A stretch of DNA of 64,000 nt from NCBI RefSeq assembly GCF_009914755.1, contig NC_060940.1; one strand, given 5' to 3'. Numbering within the stretch: the stretch's first letter is position 1; every line of letters starts with the position of its first letter. The position numbers and the translations under genes are program-made. The notes below the pieces were generated by a model, which saw only the letters and a list, made by a program, of their open reading frames with translations, made no database searches and was not told where the DNA came from. Of the stretch, positions 59,831 through 64,000 are shown in pieces. The stretch comes from the human T2T-CHM13v2.0 reference genome, Homo sapiens.

Positions 59831-60031
59831 CCGCACTAGCTGTCTGCCCTGCCCTGCCGTAGGAGATGGGCTGGGAGCCTCCCACGCTCTCCAGCTCACT
59901 CGGCAGGCAGCGGGGACCAGGGCTGGCAGGTTAAGCCTCTGGGGGTGGATCCTGAAAGGTGGTCCAGCCGCCTGGCCCTGCGTGGGACCCTCCACCTGGC
60001 AGCAGGTACCCAAACAAGGGCTGGACAGCAG
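59830..60031 (+). other. ADGRG1: ADGRG1 non-coding first exon with several candidate donors (exon ends 59929, 59958, 60005, 60031)
   Basis: gcactagctgtctgccctg...gggctggacagcag recognised as GPR56 5'UTR; AG|GT donors visible. Start approximate. Confidence 0.72.
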
Positions 60032-60046
60032 GTGGGAAGGGGAATA

Positions 60047-60310
60047 GTGTGAGTGTGAGAGTGTGAGTGTGTGAGCGTGAGTGTGTGAGAGTGTGAGTGT
60101 GTGAGTGTGAGTGTGTGAGAGTGAGTGTGAGAGTGTGAGTGTGAGCGTGAGAGTGTGAGAGTGTGTGAGTGTGAGTGTGTGAGAGTGAGAATGTGAGTGT
60201 GAGTGTGAGAGTGTGACTGAGAGTTTGAGTGTGAGAGTGTGAGTGAGTGTGTGTGAGTATGAGTGTGAGTGTGAGTGTGGGAGTGTATGTGAGTGTAAGT
60301 GTGGATGTGT
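60047..60310. repeat. Compound (GT)/(GA) dinucleotide repeat
   Basis: In-register GT/GA mosaic. Confidence 0.97.
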
Positions 60311-63300
60311 GCATCCGTGCACGGGTGGCTGTTGGACAGTGGGTAGGGATGGTGGTGAAATGGGGAAATGGGGGGGTCTTGGTATCTTGGTGGGATCTAG
60401 TCCAGGTCAGCATGGCTGTGGGTGGGTCTCTAGAGTGGGGGCGGACCCACAAGGAGATGCCTGGGAGGGGACTGGGGCCCAAGGGGAGCGACACCTCCCG
60501 GGGCTCCCAGGCATTTTGTTGCTGGAGAAACTGAGGCTCAGAGTGGTACAGTCACTGGGCCCAGCAAGCTGGGGTCTGCTCTTTAGGCTGTGAGATCAGT
60601 GCTCCTACTACACAGATGGGAGAACCGAGGCTCTGGGAGGGCAGGTGGCTTGCCCAAGGTCACCTAGCACATCCAGGTATAGAAAGCCAGGGGCCAGGCT
60701 CAGGGAGGGGGTGGCACTTGAGGGAACTCCTGAGGACAGCTTTCCTGCAGCTGTCCCTGGGGCTGGGTCCGGGGTCCCCACTGAGCAAGGGACAGCCGTG
60801 CTCTTCATCACCAAGGCCAGCTTTGGGAGAAGGTGGCCCCGCAGGGTCTCTGAACGTGGGCCACGTGGGTGAGAGTCCTGGAACCGGTGACAGGCAGACG
60901 GGGAAGCACAGGCTGCGGGCTGAACACCCTGCCCGTTGCCACCAGACCTCAGGGCTCCATCTGCCTGGCACTGATAGGACTTCCCACCCTGGTCCCCGCG
61001 GGGGCTGGGAGTGTGTAGGAAACCAATGATTCCTGTCCTCCCCCGTCCCCAACCCACCTCCCCTGCGTGGTAGAGTTGGGGTCTCCCTGTGCCCCACTGG
61101 GAGAGGTCTGATGTTCATTTTACTGCGTAGGGAGGAGGGGATGGGTCAAGGCAGGGGCCTCCCACCCCCACCAATGTGGAGCAGTTGTAGCCTGGGGTCC
61201 ACGGGCTGTGTAGGAATAGCCTTTGTTGCTCCTTCAGTGGACCAAGAAAGTTATTTATAGAAGCATTTATTGAGCGCTTACTGTGCACTCTGTGCTCTGT
61301 CGGGAACATGGCCGTGGGTGAGGCAAATAAGGTATCTCAGAACTCGTGAGTGGCCCAGACCCAGAGCCAAGCCCCCTGCCCCTCCCAGAGGATGGCCCCG
61401 GGCAGCCTGTTGGCTCCTTGGGGTCAGAGACTGTGTGAGAAGGAGCATATCTGGGCATTAATAACCATGGGCTGCCAAGTTGGCTCCCCAGAGCCCAGGC
61501 AGGGGTCCTGTTGGGCTCTTTCCTGCCAATGTCCAGGTGTGGAATGAGCTCTTAGGGCCAGACCTGACCCCTTCTTTGCTGCAGGGACCCGAGATATGCA
61601 CCCACCTTGGTCACAGCACCACTGTGGCCCCCTTGCCCTTCCTCTCCTCTCGCCTCAGGAGCTCAGCTGCTAAATGGGTGTGTAGGGGTGATCACAGCTG
61701 CCCTGGCTCCCGTAGGCCTGGGGCTTGGCTCCGAGAGTGTCGGGTGATGGAGAACGCCGCTCCAGGTGTGATCTGTGACGGACAGGCTGTGTCCCGGCCT
61801 GGGCCACTGGGCAAGGGCCAGTCAGCCTGGTGTGACACTTCCTTTTGTCAGGGATACAAACAAACAAACAACAGTTAGGAGGTGAGATGGAGGCGTGAGA
61901 TAAGCTTGCTAACAGAGGGCCCAGAGAAGGGGAAGAGGACCAGGGAGCCTCTGCGGAAGGCACTTAGGCTGGGCTTGGGAGAAGGTGGGAGGGGAAGGGA
62001 CTGATGTCTATATGAGCACTGTAGGGGGAGTCCTAGTGGAGGAAACTACTTAGGAAAACATTTGGGGAACGATACAAGCTGGGGACCACGGGGAGGGTGA
62101 TACCGGACCCCTGGCATGGGTCATTTCATGGGACTTGATGAGCCAGGCCAGCAGGTCTCAATCTGCTCTGTGGGGGGGAAGAGAGGCAGGAGGACTCGCC
62201 AGGCAGGTGCTGTGTGGGGCTGGGGGCCCAGGCTGCAAACCCAGCAGGACGGGGAGGGCCAGGATGGGTGTTCAGTGTGAGGTTGGCCAGGCAGTCCCAG
62301 TCTCTGGCGCCAGGTTAAGGCTCAAGCTTGGGAGCAGCTTCACGTGTGAGGGAGACGAGGGGGAGGTGGCGCCCAGTCGAGGGGAAGGACAGGAGAGAGG
62401 TGGCAGAGCTGCAGCAGGGTTGGTGTGGGGGTTGGCCTCCTGGCAAGGCCCAGCATGACAAAGGCAGGTGCGAGGAGTGGGCAGGACAGCCATGGAGGGA
62501 CCACTGCGGACTGTCCTCCAGCCGGACTGGGATGCGGGTTCCGCCATCCTGTGCAGAAGCTGTGTGCAGGTGGGGTCTGGGGGGCTGTGCCATTTCAGGG
62601 ATGCAGGATGGGCTTCCATGTGGCAGGGCTCCCAGGGAGGCCATGGAGGAGGCCGTGGGGAAGTCGGGTGGAAGTAGGGAGGAGAGGGGAGTGTGACAAC
62701 AGAGCCCCAAACCCCAGCACCACCTCCTCCTCCCAGACTGGAGCTTGAGCAGGGCTCAGCCCCCGTCCCCATGCTGGGGGTGGCCCTGTGGACCCCGCCT
62801 TCTGACTCACAGCAGATGGGGACATCATGTGAGCAAACCCAGCAGTCAGGGGTGACCAGACACAGCAACTGGGCAGATGGCAAATGGGGGGCGGGGCGGG
62901 CTGGCACAAAGGGGTCTCTCAAACCGGGTGGGGCGGGGCTGTGGCACGGCCTCAGCCTCCCAGGCCTCCTTTCTCCTGAGCCGTCACTTGGCTGAGACCC
63001 TGCCCCTCCTCCTGTCTCTGGTGCCCCATCTGGGGCTCCTTGAGGCCCCCAGGGGAGCCCTGTAGATTCTGGTCTTAGGTCTGGACTGCTGGGTAGAGGG
63101 GCCAAGGGTTGGGGAGTAGGAAGGGACACACATTTTCTGACCACTGCCCAGTGCCAGCCTGCCCTGGCAGGAGGTCAGCTAAGCCCCAAACTCTCCCTGG
63201 TTCCCTGATGGCTCAGCCTGGATGGGAGCAATCCTGGACCTTCCCTGACCTCAGATTCTGCCAGGCCCTGGGCTCAGTGCCTTGCACACGACACCCACTT

Positions 63301-63539
63301 TTCAGATGAGGACATTGAGGCAGGGGAGGCTTACCCAGTGAGCAACCCCACATCTTTGGGGATCCAGAATTTGGGCTCTTGTCCCTTGGTGGAGAGGAGG
63401 CTCCTCAGCCAGCCAGGCACATGCTCGTGTCTTGAACCCTGCCCCTGCCACTGCCAAATCCACGCACCTGTAGGGTGACAGGGCCCATACAGACAGCAAG
63501 GGTGGCTTGCCCAGGGAGAATCTTGGCTTTGTTTCTCTC

Positions 63540-63690
63540 TGGTTGTGGGAACATGAGCCTGTGCCTCGGTTTCCTCATCTGTAAACTGTGGATCACAATC
63601 ACATCTGCTTCAGAGGCTATTATGAGCATGAAGAGAGTTGATATAGGAAAGCATATGGGAAAGTGCCTTTCCCATACGTGGGAATGTTAA
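63540..63690 (+). mobile_element. MIR (one of many MIR fragments in 52-64 kb)
   Basis: tgagcctgtgcctcggtttcctcatctgtaaa. Confidence 0.78.
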
Positions 63691-64000
63691 GCCTTTTTTT
63701 AATACCTCTCCCATTGGACAGATGGCTGTATTGAGGCCCAGAGATAACCTGAAATAACTGTGAGCACTTCTCCCTGCCCCCGCTACTGCTGGGAGAGCTG
63801 CGGCCACCTGGACACCAGTGGCGCTCACTCACCCACCTCCAGCCTGATTCGTGCTTTGGTGAGGAGGCCAGTGTGGTGGGCGTCGGGCTCCCGAGCTGGC
63901 GCCTGCGCAGGCTCAGGCAGTTTGTGGTATGCTTGGCAGTTCCAGGCAGAGATAAAAGCTCAGCCCCGGAGGAGCTGGCATGCTTCCGGGCACCGGTGGA

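Overview
Alu-rich primate, almost certainly human, genomic DNA from the adhesion-GPCR cluster on 16q21 (locus assignment from recognising the sequence, not from a search). All genes are on the + strand. Positions 1-8.4 kb hold the 3' end of ADGRG5 (GPR114): three coding exons (1611-1728, 6008-6285, 6631-6731) that splice in frame into the C-terminal part of the 7TM domain and the tail, plus a 3'UTR whose AATAAA lies inside a MIR. Positions 8.4-50 kb are a transposon-dense intergenic region with old L1s, L2, MIR, about 35 Alus, solo LTRs and hAT/Tigger DNA transposons. It contains a processed HMGB3 pseudogene at about 34.3-36.7 kb that is itself interrupted by MER1B and two Alus. Positions 50.7-64 kb hold the multi-promoter 5' non-coding region of ADGRG1 (GPR56); its coding exons lie beyond the window. 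No RNA genes, CRISPR arrays or foreign DNA were seen, and I cannot claim a new biological system. The most notable unexplained structures are: a 134-bp non-Alu inverted repeat (about 87% identity) at 44.4-45.1 kb; an array of about 18 consensus splice-donor hexamers just behind a cluster of weak ADGRG1 donors; and a 1.3-kb YCAY-saturated triplet mosaic repeat upstream of an ADGRG5 exon whose skipping would give a predicted NMD-escaping frame. Repeat subfamily names come from recalled consensus sequences and their boundaries are approximate.
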